Notes: generated by a model not told the origin, from the sequence alone. DNA of 64,000 bases from Pedobacter sp. (GCA_037719805.1 JBBJLZ010000003.1), one strand, 5' to 3'. Counted from the first letter of the stretch, positions 38,900 to 50,670 are shown. Numbers and translations are program-made.

Positions 38900-40357
38900 A
38901 TGCAATTACAGGAAGTATTATATGGCGTAGCAATCAAGGAACTCGTTGGGACCACCAACAGGGAAGTGGCTGCGCTTGTATTTGACTCCCGGAAGGTGGT
39001 GGCAGGCTCGGTTTTCTTTGCAATCAAAGGGACGCTTGTCGATGGCCATGGCTACATTGCGACAACCATAGCAGCGGGTGCAGAAGTGATCATTTGTGAG
39101 CACTTACCTGAAGATAGGGTGGATGGCCTTACTTATATCCAGGTAGCAGATCCGTCTGCTGCGCTTGGTGTAATGGCTTCGAACTTTCATGGCAATCCAT
39201 CCGCTAAGATTCAGCTGGTCGGTATTACCGGTACCAATGGAAAGACGACCATCGCTACGCTATTGTTTAAATTGTTTATGGAGTTGGGCTATAAGGTTGG
39301 TTTGATCTCCACAGTTCAGAATCAGATCAACGACGAGGTCATTACTGCTACGCATACTACACCAAATCCTTTGGCGCTGAATGAACTGTTGGATAGAATG
39401 GTAGCTGAAGGTTGCGGGTATTGCTTTATGGAAGTGAGCTCTCATGCGGTAGTTCAGCACCGGATTGAGGGAATTACTTTTGTTGGCGGCGTCTTCTCTA
39501 ACATCACTCATGATCACCTTGATTTTCATGGGACATTCGATAACTATATCCGCGCGAAAAGGGGCTTCTTTGATATGCTGCCTAAAACGGCCTTTGCTTT
39601 AACCAATGCCGATGATAAGAACGGCATGGTCATGCTGCAGAATTCAAAAGCAACTAAAAAAACATATGCTTTAAAGCAACTGGCAGATTACAAGGCTACC
39701 GTTATAGAAAACAGTTTCAATGGTCTCCACCTCGATGTAGACGGGATAGAAGTGTTTTTTAAACTGGTGGGCTCATTTAATGCCTATAATTTACTGGCCG
39801 CTTATGGCACTGCCTTATTACTTGGTCAGGATCAATTGACGGTACTGACGACTTTAAGTCGCCTGGATGGGGCAGAGGGCAGGTTTGAATATGTGAGCTC
39901 TAAAAATGGCGTGATCGGGATTGTGGATTATGCGCATACGCCGGATGCTGTTCAAAATGTATTGAGTACGGTTCAGAATATCCGCAAGGGTAACGAGCAG
40001 GTGATCACGGTGATCGGCTGTGGCGGCGACCGGGACAAAACAAAACGTCCGATCATGGCTCAGGTGGCTTGTGACTGGAGCGATAAGGTGATATTAACGT
40101 CTGATAACCCAAGAACGGAAGATCCGCAAACGATCATCCAGGAAATGGAGCAAGGAGTGTCACCAACAAACAAAAGAAAAACATTGAGTATCACAGATAG
40201 AAAGGAAGCGATCAAGACTGCTTGTCACCTGGCAAAACCGGGAGACATTATTATAGTCGCAGGAAAAGGGCACGAGAAATACCAGGAGGTAAATGGGGTT
40301 AGGCATCATTTCGATGATAAGGAGATTTTATTGGAACAATTTAACTTAATCAACTAA
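38900..40357 (+). CDS. murE: UDP-MurNAc-dipeptide:DAP ligase
   Basis: [27 protein letters not shown] and GKGHE motifs. Confidence 0.97.
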   Translation: MQLQEVLYGVAIKELVGTTNREVAALVFDSRKVVAGSVFFAIKGTLVDGHGYIATTIAAGAEVIICEHLPEDRVDGLTYIQVADPSAALGVMASNFHGNPSAKIQLVGITGTNGKTTIATLLFKLFMELGYKVGLISTVQNQINDEVITATHTTPNPLALNELLDRMVAEGCGYCFMEVSSHAVVQHRIEGITFVGGVFSNITHDHLDFHGTFDNYIRAKRGFFDMLPKTAFALTNADDKNGMVMLQNSKATKKTYALKQLADYKATVIENSFNGLHLDVDGIEVFFKLVGSFNAYNLLAAYGTALLLGQDQLTVLTTLSRLDGAEGRFEYVSSKNGVIGIVDYAHTPDAVQNVLSTVQNIRKGNEQVITVIGCGGDRDKTKRPIMAQVACDWSDKVILTSDNPRTEDPQTIIQEMEQGVSPTNKRKTLSITDRKEAIKTACHLAKPGDIIIVAGKGHEKYQEVNGVRHHFDDKEILLEQFNLIN

Positions 40358-41604
40358 TGCTATATTATCTATTCGAGTATTTGAATCAGAATTATGATTT
40401 TCCCGGATTAAGGTTGTTTCAGTACATCACCTTCAGAACCTCTCTGGCTATTATTATCTCCTTGCTGATTACTACTGTTTTCGGTAGGAGCATCATCAAC
40501 TATCTGCAGCGGATGCAGGTGGGTGAGCCGGTAAGAAATCTCGGTTTAGAAGGACAAATGCAAAAGCAAGGTACGCCTACAATGGGTGGTATTATGATTC
40601 TGTTGGGAATCCTGATCCCTACTTTACTGTTGGCCAACCTCACGAACATTTACGTGATCCTGATGATCGTTACCACAGTATGGATGGGCGTCATCGGTTT
40701 TGTTGATGATTACATTAAAGTATTTAAGAAAAACAAGGAAGGTTTAGCAGGCAGGTTTAAAGTAGTCGGACAGGTTGGTTTAGCGATCATCATTGGCTGG
40801 ACCATGTATTCGAATCCTAATATAGTAGTAAGGCAAACGGTTGATGAAGTTAGTCCGACCAAAGCCGCCGCACCCATGGTATTGCGTCAAAAAGGAGAGA
40901 GCTTCTACTATACCCAGGACGTGAAGTCTACCCTAACCAACTTTCCGTTTTACAAAAACAATGAGTTTGACTACGCCAAAGTCCTTAAGTTTTTAGGTCC
41001 TGGTTATGAGAAATATGCGTTGTTTGTGTTCATGCTGTTTGTGATCGTTATTGTTACCGCGGTGTCAAACGGTGCAAACATTACGGATGGGATTGACGGT
41101 CTTGCTACGGGTACCTCTGCAATTATTGGGCTGACGCTTGGCATTTTGGCTTATGTAAGTGGTAACACGGTTATCGCCGATTACCTGAACATCATGTATA
41201 TCCCGAACTCCGGCGAGCTGATGATCTTTGCTGGAGCATTTGTGGGTGCCTGTGTCGGTTTCCTTTGGTACAATTCTTATCCGGCCCAGGTTTTTATGGG
41301 CGATACCGGAAGTTTAGCTATTGGTGGGATCATCGCCGTTTTTGCGATTTTGATCCGCAAGGAGTTGCTAATTCCTATTCTTTGCGGGGTGTTCCTTGTC
41401 GAGAATGTTTCCGTGATGATCCAGGTTGGTTATTTTAAATACACGAAGAAACGGACAGGCGAAGGCAGGCGCGTGTTTTTGATGGCGCCATTGCACCACC
41501 ATTATCAGAAGAAAGGCTTTCATGAGGCGAAAATTGTAACCAGGTTCTGGATCATTGGAGTCTTGCTGGCTATCATTACCCTCATCACTTTAAAACTCAG
41601 ATAA
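40357..41604 (+). CDS. mraY: Phospho-N-acetylmuramoyl-pentapeptide transferase
   Basis: [21 protein letters not shown] and APLHHH motifs. Confidence 0.97.
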   Translation: MLYYLFEYLNQNYDFPGLRLFQYITFRTSLAIIISLLITTVFGRSIINYLQRMQVGEPVRNLGLEGQMQKQGTPTMGGIMILLGILIPTLLLANLTNIYVILMIVTTVWMGVIGFVDDYIKVFKKNKEGLAGRFKVVGQVGLAIIIGWTMYSNPNIVVRQTVDEVSPTKAAAPMVLRQKGESFYYTQDVKSTLTNFPFYKNNEFDYAKVLKFLGPGYEKYALFVFMLFVIVIVTAVSNGANITDGIDGLATGTSAIIGLTLGILAYVSGNTVIADYLNIMYIPNSGELMIFAGAFVGACVGFLWYNSYPAQVFMGDTGSLAIGGIIAVFAILIRKELLIPILCGVFLVENVSVMIQVGYFKYTKKRTGEGRRVFLMAPLHHHYQKKGFHEAKIVTRFWIIGVLLAIITLITLKLR

Positions 41605-42950
41605 TGCTAGATAAAGGGAAGATCGTTGTTTTAGGTGCCGGTGAAAGCGGTGTGGGTGCGGCAATGCTGGCGCAGAAGCAGGGCTTTGACGTGTTTGTAT
41701 CTGATTTCGGCGTTATTCCTGGTCAATATAAAAGTCAGCTGGAAGCTTTGCATATCCCTTTCGAAGAGCAGCAACATACGTCATCGCTTATTTTGGAAGC
41801 AATCGAAGTGATCAAGAGCCCGGGGATTCCCGATACGGTTCCGATTATCAAGGAGATCAAGCAAAAGCAGATCCCGGTGATTTCGGAGATCGAGTTTGCA
41901 AAAAGATATACCAATGCAAAAACGGTATGTATTACCGGGTCGAACGGTAAAACGACCACAACGATGCTGACTTACCACATTTTGAAGAATGCGGGTTTGA
42001 ATGTAGGCTTGGCGGGCAATGTTGGAAATAGCTTCGCCGCACAGGTGGCTACTGCAGATTTTGAATGGTATGTGCTGGAACTCTCCAGTTTTATGCTGGA
42101 TGATATGCATGAGTTCAAGGCAGACATCGCCGTGCTGTTAAATATTACGCCTGATCATTTAGACAGGTACGATTACAAGCTGGGCAACTATGCGGCCTCA
42201 AAGATGCGCATCACAAGGAACCAGTCGGCCAATGATGTTTTCATCTACTGTGCCGACGATGAAGAAACGATAAAGATGCTGAAGAAGAACAGAATCAATG
42301 CAAAGGCTTATCCTTTTTCTATCCGTAAGAAGATTGAGAACGGTGCCTATTTAGAGAACGACAACATACAGATCAATATAAACCAAAACGAGCCATTAAC
42401 CATGTCGATATCAGAGTTAGCCTTACAGGGCAAGCACAACATTTACAACTCTATGGCTTCGGGCATAGTTGCCAAAGTACTGGAAATTCGCAATGCTACC
42501 ATTCGGGAGAGCATGGGGGATTTCAAGAATATCGAGCATAGACTGGAGCACGTAGCGAAGATCTCGGGTGTGAATTACATTAATGATTCTAAGGCTACCA
42601 ACGTAAACTCTACCTGGTATGCATTGGAAAGCGTAAGCAACGGTGTGGTTTTGATCATGGGTGGCGTTGACAAGGGCAACGACTACGAGATGCTGAAAGA
42701 TATGGTGCATCAGAAGGTTAAGGCGATCGTATGTTTGGGTAAAGACAACAAGCGCATTCACGAGGCTTTTGAGGATGATGTGGAGATCATAGTGAACACT
42801 TTCTCTGCCCATGAAGCCGTGCAGGTTGCTTACCACCTTGCGAAAAAAGGAGATACGGTATTGTTATCACCAGCTTGTGCAAGCTTTGACTTATTTAAGA
42901 ATTACGAAGACAGGGGTAACCAATTTAAGGCTGCCGTAAAAGAATTATAA
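41604..42950 (+). CDS. murD: UDP-MurNAc-L-Ala:D-Glu ligase
   Basis: ITGSNGKTT, ELSSF, NDSKATN and LSPACASFD motifs. Confidence 0.97.
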   Translation: MLDKGKIVVLGAGESGVGAAMLAQKQGFDVFVSDFGVIPGQYKSQLEALHIPFEEQQHTSSLILEAIEVIKSPGIPDTVPIIKEIKQKQIPVISEIEFAKRYTNAKTVCITGSNGKTTTTMLTYHILKNAGLNVGLAGNVGNSFAAQVATADFEWYVLELSSFMLDDMHEFKADIAVLLNITPDHLDRYDYKLGNYAASKMRITRNQSANDVFIYCADDEETIKMLKKNRINAKAYPFSIRKKIENGAYLENDNIQININQNEPLTMSISELALQGKHNIYNSMASGIVAKVLEIRNATIRESMGDFKNIEHRLEHVAKISGVNYINDSKATNVNSTWYALESVSNGVVLIMGGVDKGNDYEMLKDMVHQKVKAIVCLGKDNKRIHEAFEDDVEIIVNTFSAHEAVQVAYHLAKKGDTVLLSPACASFDLFKNYEDRGNQFKAAVKEL

Positions 42951-42951
42951 T

Positions 42952-44118
42952 ATGATCGCTATCAGTACCATTCTGGATAAGACAAGAGGTGACCGCTGGA
43001 TCTGGCTGATCATTATCCTGTTGTCTATGATTTCTATTCTCACTGTTTACAGTGCTACCGGCACAATTGCGTACAACAAGGGGATGGCTGTGGAAAAGTA
43101 CTTATTGTATAAACACGTGATCTTTGTAATTATTGGTATTGCCATGATCTATGTGGCGCATTTACTGGATTATAAGTATTACGCAGGGATTTCAAAGATC
43201 CTGATGATCATCACCATACCTTTGCTTTTGTATACTGCAGCGTTTGGGGAGCACATTAACGATGCTTCCAGGTGGGTTAAAATTCCAGTGATCGGCTTGA
43301 CCTTTCAGACCTCCGATTTGGCGAAGCTAGCGCTGATTACCTTTTTGGCAAGGATGCTGACCCGCAAGCAGGAGAATATTAAAGATGTGAAAGAGGCCTT
43401 TTTACCCATAATGGGCTCTGTATGTGCGGTAGTTGCCTTGATTGCCTGGGCCAACTTGTCAACCGGGTTAATGCTCTTTGGTGTAAGCATCTTATTGCTG
43501 ATCATAGGACGAATAAGTATTAAGCAAATTATGATGGTTTGCGCTGGAGGCGGGGTCTTGTTGCTGTTTATTGTGTTCTTTGGCCCCCGGTCTGCTACTT
43601 ATAAATCGAGGGTAAACTCCTATTTACATCCGGAGTTGCAGAACTCTGATAAAACGTATCAGGCGGATCAGTCAAAGATAGCTCTGGCTACCGGTGGAGC
43701 TTTTGGAAAAGGGCCAGGAAACAGCACACAAAGGAATTTCTTACCGCATCCTTATTCAGATTTTATCTTTGCAATTATAGTGGAAGAATATGGCACGTTT
43801 GGCGCTTTAGTAATGGTGATGCTTTATGTCACCTTGCTGTACCGATGTGTGCGGATTGTGACCAAGGCACCCAAGGCATTTGGGGCCCTGCTGGCCGCAG
43901 GGTTAAGCTTTAGTCTGACGATACAGGCCTTTGCAAACATGGCAGTAGCGGTCGGACTGGGACCGGTTACCGGGGTTCCATTACCGCTGGTAAGTATGGG
44001 CGGTACCTCCCTGCTCTTTACAAGTATTGCTTTTGGGATCATCCTGAGTGTAAGTAAAGATGTAGAAGAGTACGGAAGTAAAAAAATAATTGTAGGTGAG
44101 ATCCCTGCAATGGCGTAA
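42952..44118 (+). CDS. ftsW: SEDS peptidoglycan polymerase FtsW
   Basis: FQTSDLAK, DFIFAIIVEE and LPLVSMGG motifs. Confidence 0.95.
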   Translation: MIAISTILDKTRGDRWIWLIIILLSMISILTVYSATGTIAYNKGMAVEKYLLYKHVIFVIIGIAMIYVAHLLDYKYYAGISKILMIITIPLLLYTAAFGEHINDASRWVKIPVIGLTFQTSDLAKLALITFLARMLTRKQENIKDVKEAFLPIMGSVCAVVALIAWANLSTGLMLFGVSILLLIIGRISIKQIMMVCAGGGVLLLFIVFFGPRSATYKSRVNSYLHPELQNSDKTYQADQSKIALATGGAFGKGPGNSTQRNFLPHPYSDFIFAIIVEEYGTFGALVMVMLYVTLLYRCVRIVTKAPKAFGALLAAGLSFSLTIQAFANMAVAVGLGPVTGVPLPLVSMGGTSLLFTSIAFGIILSVSKDVEEYGSKKIIVGEIPAMA

Positions 44119-44123
44119 AGGAT

Positions 44124-45239
44124 ATGGGAGCAGCAAGAATAATTATTTCAGGAGGCGGTACTGGCGGACATATATTTCCGGCAATATCCATAGCGAATGC
44201 GTTGAGGCGCATGAGGCCCGACTGTGAGCTATTATTTGTTGGTGCGACTGGCAGAATGGAGATGGAGAAAGTTCCTGCTGCCGGATATAAAATTGTAGGC
44301 TTGAACATCAGCGGAATTCAACGGGGTTCCATTGTAAAGAACCTGGGTTTACCATTTAAAGTTCTTGGAAGCGTACAAAAAGCTTTACAACTGATCCGTG
44401 ATTTTAAACCTGACGTGGTTGTAGGTGTTGGAGGTTATGCTTCAGGACCGATTCTTTTTGCAGCTTCTTTAAAAAGTATTCCATACCTGATTCAGGAGCA
44501 AAACTCCTACGCGGGACTTACGAATAAATGGTTGGGCAAGAAGGCAGCTAAAGTTTGTGTTGCTTTCGATGATATGGATCAGTTCTTCCCTTCGTATACT
44601 TTATTAAAAACCGGAAACCCTGTCCGCAAAGACGTGGTCGATATCATAAACAAGCATCACCATGGTGCAGAGATGCTGGGCCTTGATCCTTTAAAAAAGA
44701 TTATTCTGGTAACAGGTGGTAGTCTTGGTGCTGGAACGTTGAATAAAAGTGTAGAGAAACACCTTTTGGACCTCATCGCTGCGGATGTACAGGTGATCTG
44801 GCAAACAGGGAAGTTCTATTATAAAGGAATTATTGAACGTCTTGGTGTCGATTTTCACCCTAATGTGAGGATACTTGAGTTTTTAAATAAGATGGACATG
44901 GCCTATGCTGCTGCGGACCTTATTATCTCGAGGGCAGGTGCAGGCACCATAGCGGAATTGTGCCTGATTAAAAAACCAGTGATCCTGGTGCCTTCACCGA
45001 ACGTTGCCGAAGACCACCAAACAAAGAACGCAATGGCCTTAGTAAAATATAATGCTGCATTGTTGATTAACGATCGCTCTGCGGAAGATACGTTGCTAAG
45101 CGAAGCCTTGTTATTGCTGAAAGATGAGAACAGGATGCGCAAGCTGGCGGAAAACATTGGTAAAATGGGACTGCCTGATGCGGATGACCTGATCGCTTTG
45201 GAAGTACTGGCACTGGCAGAAAGGGGGCAACAGAGATGA
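44124..45239 (+). CDS. murG: Lipid II GlcNAc transferase
   Basis: GGGTGGHIFP, GGYAS, GGSLGA and SRAGA motifs. Confidence 0.97.
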   Translation: MGAARIIISGGGTGGHIFPAISIANALRRMRPDCELLFVGATGRMEMEKVPAAGYKIVGLNISGIQRGSIVKNLGLPFKVLGSVQKALQLIRDFKPDVVVGVGGYASGPILFAASLKSIPYLIQEQNSYAGLTNKWLGKKAAKVCVAFDDMDQFFPSYTLLKTGNPVRKDVVDIINKHHHGAEMLGLDPLKKIILVTGGSLGAGTLNKSVEKHLLDLIAADVQVIWQTGKFYYKGIIERLGVDFHPNVRILEFLNKMDMAYAAADLIISRAGAGTIAELCLIKKPVILVPSPNVAEDHQTKNAMALVKYNAALLINDRSAEDTLLSEALLLLKDENRMRKLAENIGKMGLPDADDLIALEVLALAERGQQR

Positions 45240-46594
45240 TGAAACTGGAAGCAATCAAAACAGTATACTTTGTGGGCATTGGCGGAATTGGAATGAGTGC
45301 TATTGCCCGTTATTTTCTGAACAGAGGATGTGCGGTATCTGGCTACGATAAAACGAAAACTAATCTGACTGCTCTTCTTGAAGAGGAGGGTATGGCCATT
45401 TCTTATCTGGATGAGTTAAGTACGCTTCCTGAGAATTTGCAGGCTGATGACGTAGAGCTCCTGGTTGTATATACGCCTGCCATACCTAAGGATTCAAAGA
45501 TTTTAAATTACTTCCAGGACCAGGGCTTTGCATTGAAGAAAAGGTCTGAAGTGCTTGGGATTATAAGCAGAGGTCAGTTTTGTATCGCTGTTGCGGGTAC
45601 TCACGGCAAAACGACTACCTCTTCTATTATTGCGCATCTTTTAACAGATACGGGTTTTGGCTGTACTGCTTTCCTTGGTGGTATTGCCACTAATTTCGAG
45701 AGTAACTTTATACTTGGAAACAATAATGTGGTGGTTGTTGAGGCAGATGAATATGACCGGTCCTTTTTAACTTTAAACCCGGATATCGCGGTTATCACTT
45801 CTATGGATGCTGATCACCTGGATATTTATGGCGATGAGGCACAGCTGCATGAATCTTTTAGAATGTTTGCCGGTCAGCTGAAGGAAAGCGGTTCGTTATT
45901 TGTGAAAGCAGGGCTGCCGATGGATGCTGGAATTAGTTACGGAATAAACAATATACCTGGCATCAGCGCTTTTAACATAAGGGTGGAACATGCACGTTTC
46001 CTTTTTGATTATTCGGATGGCAAACACTCGATCAGCGACTTAGAACTACTGCTTCCCGGTAGACATAATATTGAAAATGCAGTGGCTGCAATTGTTGTTG
46101 CCTTGGAGTTGGGCATCGCTAGTGATTTGATCAAGAAGGCGATCGCAAGTTTCAAAGGTGTGAAAAGACGTTTTGAGTATGTCGTGAACACTCCCGAAGT
46201 AGTTTACGTAGACGATTATGCACATCATCCTGAAGAACTGAGGGCCTGCTTTGATGCGATAAGGGAACTGTACCCGGCGAAGAAGCTGACGGTGATTTTC
46301 CAGCCTCATTTGTTTACGCGGACTCGTGATTTTGCAGATGGATTTGCGGAGGTATTAAGCAGTGTAGATGAGCTTTTGTTGTTGGAGATTTATCCTGCCA
46401 GGGAACAGCCTTTAACCGGAATTGATTCCAACTTTTTACTAGGTAAGATTACCCTTGATGAAAAAGCCATTTACACGAAATCGCAAATATTAGATGCAGT
46501 AGCAGATAAAAGACCAGAACTACTGGTTACCGTAGGGGCGGGCGATATTGACACATTAGTTCAACCACTTAAAAAATTGTTTAGTCATGCTTAA
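45236..46594 (+). CDS. murC: UDP-MurNAc:L-Ala ligase
   Basis: GIGGIGMS, GTHGKTTT, EADEYD and DDYAHHP motifs. Confidence 0.97.
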   Translation: MMKLEAIKTVYFVGIGGIGMSAIARYFLNRGCAVSGYDKTKTNLTALLEEEGMAISYLDELSTLPENLQADDVELLVVYTPAIPKDSKILNYFQDQGFALKKRSEVLGIISRGQFCIAVAGTHGKTTTSSIIAHLLTDTGFGCTAFLGGIATNFESNFILGNNNVVVVEADEYDRSFLTLNPDIAVITSMDADHLDIYGDEAQLHESFRMFAGQLKESGSLFVKAGLPMDAGISYGINNIPGISAFNIRVEHARFLFDYSDGKHSISDLELLLPGRHNIENAVAAIVVALELGIASDLIKKAIASFKGVKRRFEYVVNTPEVVYVDDYAHHPEELRACFDAIRELYPAKKLTVIFQPHLFTRTRDFADGFAEVLSSVDELLLLEIYPAREQPLTGIDSNFLLGKITLDEKAIYTKSQILDAVADKRPELLVTVGAGDIDTLVQPLKKLFSHA

Positions 46595-47519
46595 GCGGAT
46601 CAACTGGAAATTAGTGTTCAAGGTTTTCGCCTGGGTGCTTTGTCTGAGCGGAACAGTCGTATTGATGAGTTTTGTGGGGGCCAAGCAGAAAACGGTTACC
46701 TGCAAGGATATCAAGATCCTGATACCGGGGGCTGATAATTTTATAGAGCGGGAAGAGATCGATGCCATATTGAGACAGAGTCAGGGTAATTTGATTGGCC
46801 GCCAACTAGAGGGCATCAACCTGGAAGAAATTGAGAAGAGCATCAAGGCCAATCCATACATCGCTTTTGCGACCGTTTACGCGGATATGGATGGGGTGAT
46901 TCACATCGAAATACAGCAACGTCAGCCAATATTGAGAGTCATAAATTCAAATGACCAGGATTATTACATTGACAGAGATGGATTAAAGATGCCGGTATCA
47001 GGCAATTTTACTGCTAATGTATTGGTGGCAAACGGCAGGATCATGGAACATTTTAGTGGTAAAGTAGACACGTTAATTACCAAGCTTGCCGCAGATCTAT
47101 ATAAGACTGCCTTGTATATTAAGACTGATACCATCTGGGACGCCCAGATTGAACAGCTGTATGTGAACGACAGAAATGATATTGAGCTGATTCCAAGGGT
47201 AGGGATCCAGAAGATTATCTTAGGGACAGCGGATTCTCTGGATGTAAAAATGAACAACCTGCTTGCCTTTTATAAGCAGGCAATGCCAAAAGTGGGATGG
47301 GACACTTACAAAACCATTAACATTAAGTACACCAATCAAATTGTGTGTGAAAAGAATATCATTGACTCTGTAGCATTGCGGGCGCAAATTAAGAAAGATG
47401 CGGCCGACAGCGCTGTGAAGAAGCCGATTCCGATTGACTCCATTATTCGTGAGGACATCAGAAAGCAGATCACGGCAGAGGAAGAAAAAACAAAGACAAA
47501 TACCAGGAAAAACAAATAA
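46587..47519 (+). CDS. ftsQ: Cell division protein FtsQ
   Basis: N-terminal TM plus POTRA-like domain; position in the dcw cluster. Confidence 0.85.
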   Translation: MLKRINWKLVFKVFAWVLCLSGTVVLMSFVGAKQKTVTCKDIKILIPGADNFIEREEIDAILRQSQGNLIGRQLEGINLEEIEKSIKANPYIAFATVYADMDGVIHIEIQQRQPILRVINSNDQDYYIDRDGLKMPVSGNFTANVLVANGRIMEHFSGKVDTLITKLAADLYKTALYIKTDTIWDAQIEQLYVNDRNDIELIPRVGIQKIILGTADSLDVKMNNLLAFYKQAMPKVGWDTYKTINIKYTNQIVCEKNIIDSVALRAQIKKDAADSAVKKPIPIDSIIREDIRKQITAEEEKTKTNTRKNK

Positions 47520-47545
47520 TATACACTCAACAAAATATTACCGTT

Positions 47546-48904
47546 ATGGGCAAAGAAAAACCATCTGTACAATCTCCAATAGTAGTAGGCTTGGATATTG
47601 GTACAACCAAAATTTGCGTAATCGTTGGACGGAGGACGCAGCATGGGAAGATCGAAGTATTGGGCATAGGTAAAGCCGAATCTGCGGGAGTTACCCGTGG
47701 GGTAGTTTCGAACATCCAAAAGACAGTGCAGGGGATTTCACAAGCAGTAGAGGTTGCCAGTGGGCAATCTAACGTTGAGATCCGCGTTGTTAACGTAGGA
47801 ATTGCTGGTCAGCACATCAAAAGCTTGCAACACAGAGGCATCCTGACCAGAAGAGAATTAAATAATGAGATTGGCAAAAAAGATATAGATAAATTAATTG
47901 ATGATATGTTCAAACTGGTTATGCCGCCGGGAGAAGAAATCATCCACGTATTACCTCAGGAGTTCACAATTGACAATGAGCCTGGGATAAAAGATCCGAT
48001 TGGAATGGCTGGTGTTCGGTTAGAAGCGAACTTCCATATTATTTCTGGTCAGGTGACGGCGGTAAAAAACATTATGAGGTGTGTGACCCATGCAGGGTTA
48101 CAAACTCAGGAATTGATATTAGAGCCATTGGCTTCTTCAGAATCGGTGTTGAGTGATGAGGAAAAAGAAGCTGGTATTGCTTTGGTAGATATAGGTGGTG
48201 GTACTACTGATATTGCAATTTTCCATGAAGGTATTATCCGCCATACCGCAGTGATCCCTTTTGGTGGTAACAGCGTTACAGAAGATATCAGAGAAGGTTG
48301 CTCTGTAATGCGTAACCAGGCAGAGTTACTAAAAACGAGGTTCGGATCTGCATTGGCAGAAGAAAATAAGGAGAATGAGATCATTTGTGTTCCTGGATTG
48401 AGAGGAAGAGAGCCAAAAGAGATCTCTGTAAAAAACCTCGCCTTTGTGATCCAGGCCCGTATGGAAGAAATCATTGAGCATGTTTATTATGAGATCAAAT
48501 CTTCAGGCTACGAAAAGAAACTGATTGGTGGAGTAGTCATCACAGGTGGCGGTGCCTTGTTGAAGCACTTGTCGCAGTTGGTAGAATATGTAACCGGGTT
48601 AGATTGCAGGGTTGGTTATCCAAATGAGCATTTATCGAAGTACGAGGACATGCCTAAAACCATTTATGACGATTTGAAGAGCCCGATGTATGCGACTAGT
48701 GTTGGGTTACTGATAAAAGGAATTCAGAAAGCGGAAGAGTTGGTGGAAGAAATGAAGCAACCGGGTGTTTTTGTAGAACGACCAAAAGATAAAGAGAAGA
48801 TTAAGCGCCCGGGTGGTGGCTTATTTGATAAATTATTAGCTAAGACGAAAGATTTCATCAAAGACGACATGAGCGTGAGTGATGAGGATTATATTAAGCC
48901 ATAA
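47546..48904 (+). CDS. ftsA: Cell division protein FtsA
   Basis: GLDIGTTK and DIGGGTTD motifs. Confidence 0.97.
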   Translation: MGKEKPSVQSPIVVGLDIGTTKICVIVGRRTQHGKIEVLGIGKAESAGVTRGVVSNIQKTVQGISQAVEVASGQSNVEIRVVNVGIAGQHIKSLQHRGILTRRELNNEIGKKDIDKLIDDMFKLVMPPGEEIIHVLPQEFTIDNEPGIKDPIGMAGVRLEANFHIISGQVTAVKNIMRCVTHAGLQTQELILEPLASSESVLSDEEKEAGIALVDIGGGTTDIAIFHEGIIRHTAVIPFGGNSVTEDIREGCSVMRNQAELLKTRFGSALAEENKENEIICVPGLRGREPKEISVKNLAFVIQARMEEIIEHVYYEIKSSGYEKKLIGGVVITGGGALLKHLSQLVEYVTGLDCRVGYPNEHLSKYEDMPKTIYDDLKSPMYATSVGLLIKGIQKAEELVEEMKQPGVFVERPKDKEKIKRPGGGLFDKLLAKTKDFIKDDMSVSDEDYIKP

Positions 48905-48925
48905 TATTTGTCAACAAATCACGAC

Positions 48926-48967
48926 TTTTCCACATTATTAACAGTTGTGGAAAAGGCCTGTTAATAA
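48926..48967. promoter_or_regulatory. Cluster of DnaA-box-like 9-mers forming interleaved inverted repeats upstream of ftsZ
   Basis: TTTTCCACA 48926-48934, TTATTAACA 48935-48943, TGTGGAAAA 48946-48954, TGTTAATAA 48959-48967. Confidence 0.45.
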
Positions 48968-49032
48968 TTGTTAATATTACATAGGTGGATGAACAGGTAA
49001 AACTAATTTTTAAATAACTGATTCATAAAGAT

Positions 49033-50670
49033 ATGCAGTTCGAAATGTTAAAAGATAAGTCGTCAATCATCAAAGTAATTGGTGTTGGTGGCGGTGGAGG
49101 TAATGCGGTAAACCATATGTACCGTCAGGGAATTACAGGTGTTGATTTCATCATCTGTAATACTGATGCTCAGGCGCTAGAGTTTAGTCCGATTCCTAAT
49201 AAAGTGCAGTTGGGCGCAAGCTTAACAGAAGGCATGGGTGCAGGATCTATTCCGGAAGTTGGTAAAAACTCAGCTATTGAAAATATAGATGACATCAAGC
49301 AAATGCTTGGCAGCACTACAAAAATGCTGTTTATCACAGCAGGAATGGGTGGTGGTACTGGAACAGGTGCGAGTCCGATTATCGCTAAGGCGGCAAAGGA
49401 GTTGGATATTTTAACTGTGGCCATTATTACTACGCCCTTTGCCTTTGAAGGTAAAAGACGTAAGATGCAGGCAAATGACGGTTTGGATGAGTTAAAGAAA
49501 TACGTCGATTCTTATTTGGTGATCTCCAACGATCGCTTAAGAGAGATCTTTGGTAACCTTACTTTGGGTTCAGCATTTGCGCAGGCAGATGATATTTTAA
49601 CAACTGCAGCCAAAGGTATTGCAGAGATCATTACAGTTCCTGGATACATCAACGTGGATTTTAAAGATGTACGTACGGTAATGAAAGACAGTGGTGTATC
49701 TATCATGGGCAGCTTTGCCTGTGACGGTGAAAATCGCGCCTTGAATGCGGTAGAAGGAGCATTAGCTTCTCCGTTGTTGAAAGACAATGAGATTGAAGGA
49801 GCCCGCTACATCCTGTTGAACATTAGTTCAGGTTTACGCGAAGTAACGATGGACGAAGTGACCATAATTACTGATTACATACAGGAAAAAGCTGGGTTAT
49901 CGGCAGACCTGATCTGGGGTAACTGTATTGACGAAAGCCTGGAAGATAAGCTTTCTGTAACCATCATAGCCACTGGTTTCCAAACTTTAGAGCAACGCGA
50001 GGAAGACAAGAAAAACGTTAAAAAGATTTCTTTGTTAACTCCTGAGGAAGCCCCATTAGTGAGAGCAGTTGAACCTGTTAACTCTTTTATGGCGCCTAAG
50101 ACAGAAACTGTCAACAGTATGGAGCCGGTGATGAAGCTCAAAGATGAAACGAAACAGTCTGATCTTTTTGGAGACTTGTACGGTGGAAGTAAGAGCAAGG
50201 CAAATGAGGAGCAGGAAAACAAATTTGTTAAGCATACCTTAATCGAAGAAGAACCTTCCCTTGCAGAATCACCTGCAGATGCGGGCTTTGAATTCGAGGT
50301 GAAGGTAGCGGAAACCAACTTTGTATTTGAAACTCCGGCAGCGGTATTTAACAATGACGCAAAGCCGCATGAGGAGGAACTTGCAGAAGTAGGAGAAGAC
50401 GATGACAAAAGCGATGAGTCTATCGAAGATCAGCTTAAAAAATCTAAGGAACGGATACTTCGTTTAAAGGACTTAAGTATGAAGTTGCGTACGAGCAATG
50501 GATTGCAGGAGTTGGAAAATGAGCCTGCCTATAAGAGAAAGCAAATGAATTTGCAACAGGTACCTCATTCTTCAGAATCTCAGGTGTCCAGGTTCACTTT
50601 AAGCAATGACGAAGACGGATCGACTGAGATCAGACCAAACAACTCCTTTCTTCACGATAACGTTGACTAA
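49033..50670 (+). CDS. ftsZ: Cell division protein FtsZ
   Basis: GVGGGGGNAV, GMGGGTGTG and NVDFKD motifs; long acidic linker and Bacteroidota-type C-terminus. Confidence 0.98.
   Translation: MQFEMLKDKSSIIKVIGVGGGGGNAVNHMYRQGITGVDFIICNTDAQALEFSPIPNKVQLGASLTEGMGAGSIPEVGKNSAIENIDDIKQMLGSTTKMLFITAGMGGGTGTGASPIIAKAAKELDILTVAIITTPFAFEGKRRKMQANDGLDELKKYVDSYLVISNDRLREIFGNLTLGSAFAQADDILTTAAKGIAEIITVPGYINVDFKDVRTVMKDSGVSIMGSFACDGENRALNAVEGALASPLLKDNEIEGARYILLNISSGLREVTMDEVTIITDYIQEKAGLSADLIWGNCIDESLEDKLSVTIIATGFQTLEQREEDKKNVKKISLLTPEEAPLVRAVEPVNSFMAPKTETVNSMEPVMKLKDETKQSDLFGDLYGGSKSKANEEQENKFVKHTLIEEEPSLAESPADAGFEFEVKVAETNFVFETPAAVFNNDAKPHEEELAEVGEDDDKSDESIEDQLKKSKERILRLKDLSMKLRTSNGLQELENEPAYKRKQMNLQQVPHSSESQVSRFTLSNDEDGSTEIRPNNSFLHDNVD

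Noticed and set aside
35052-50670. dcw cluster lacking murF and ddl, and FtsZ with a long tail
   Set aside because: Normal for Bacteroidota.
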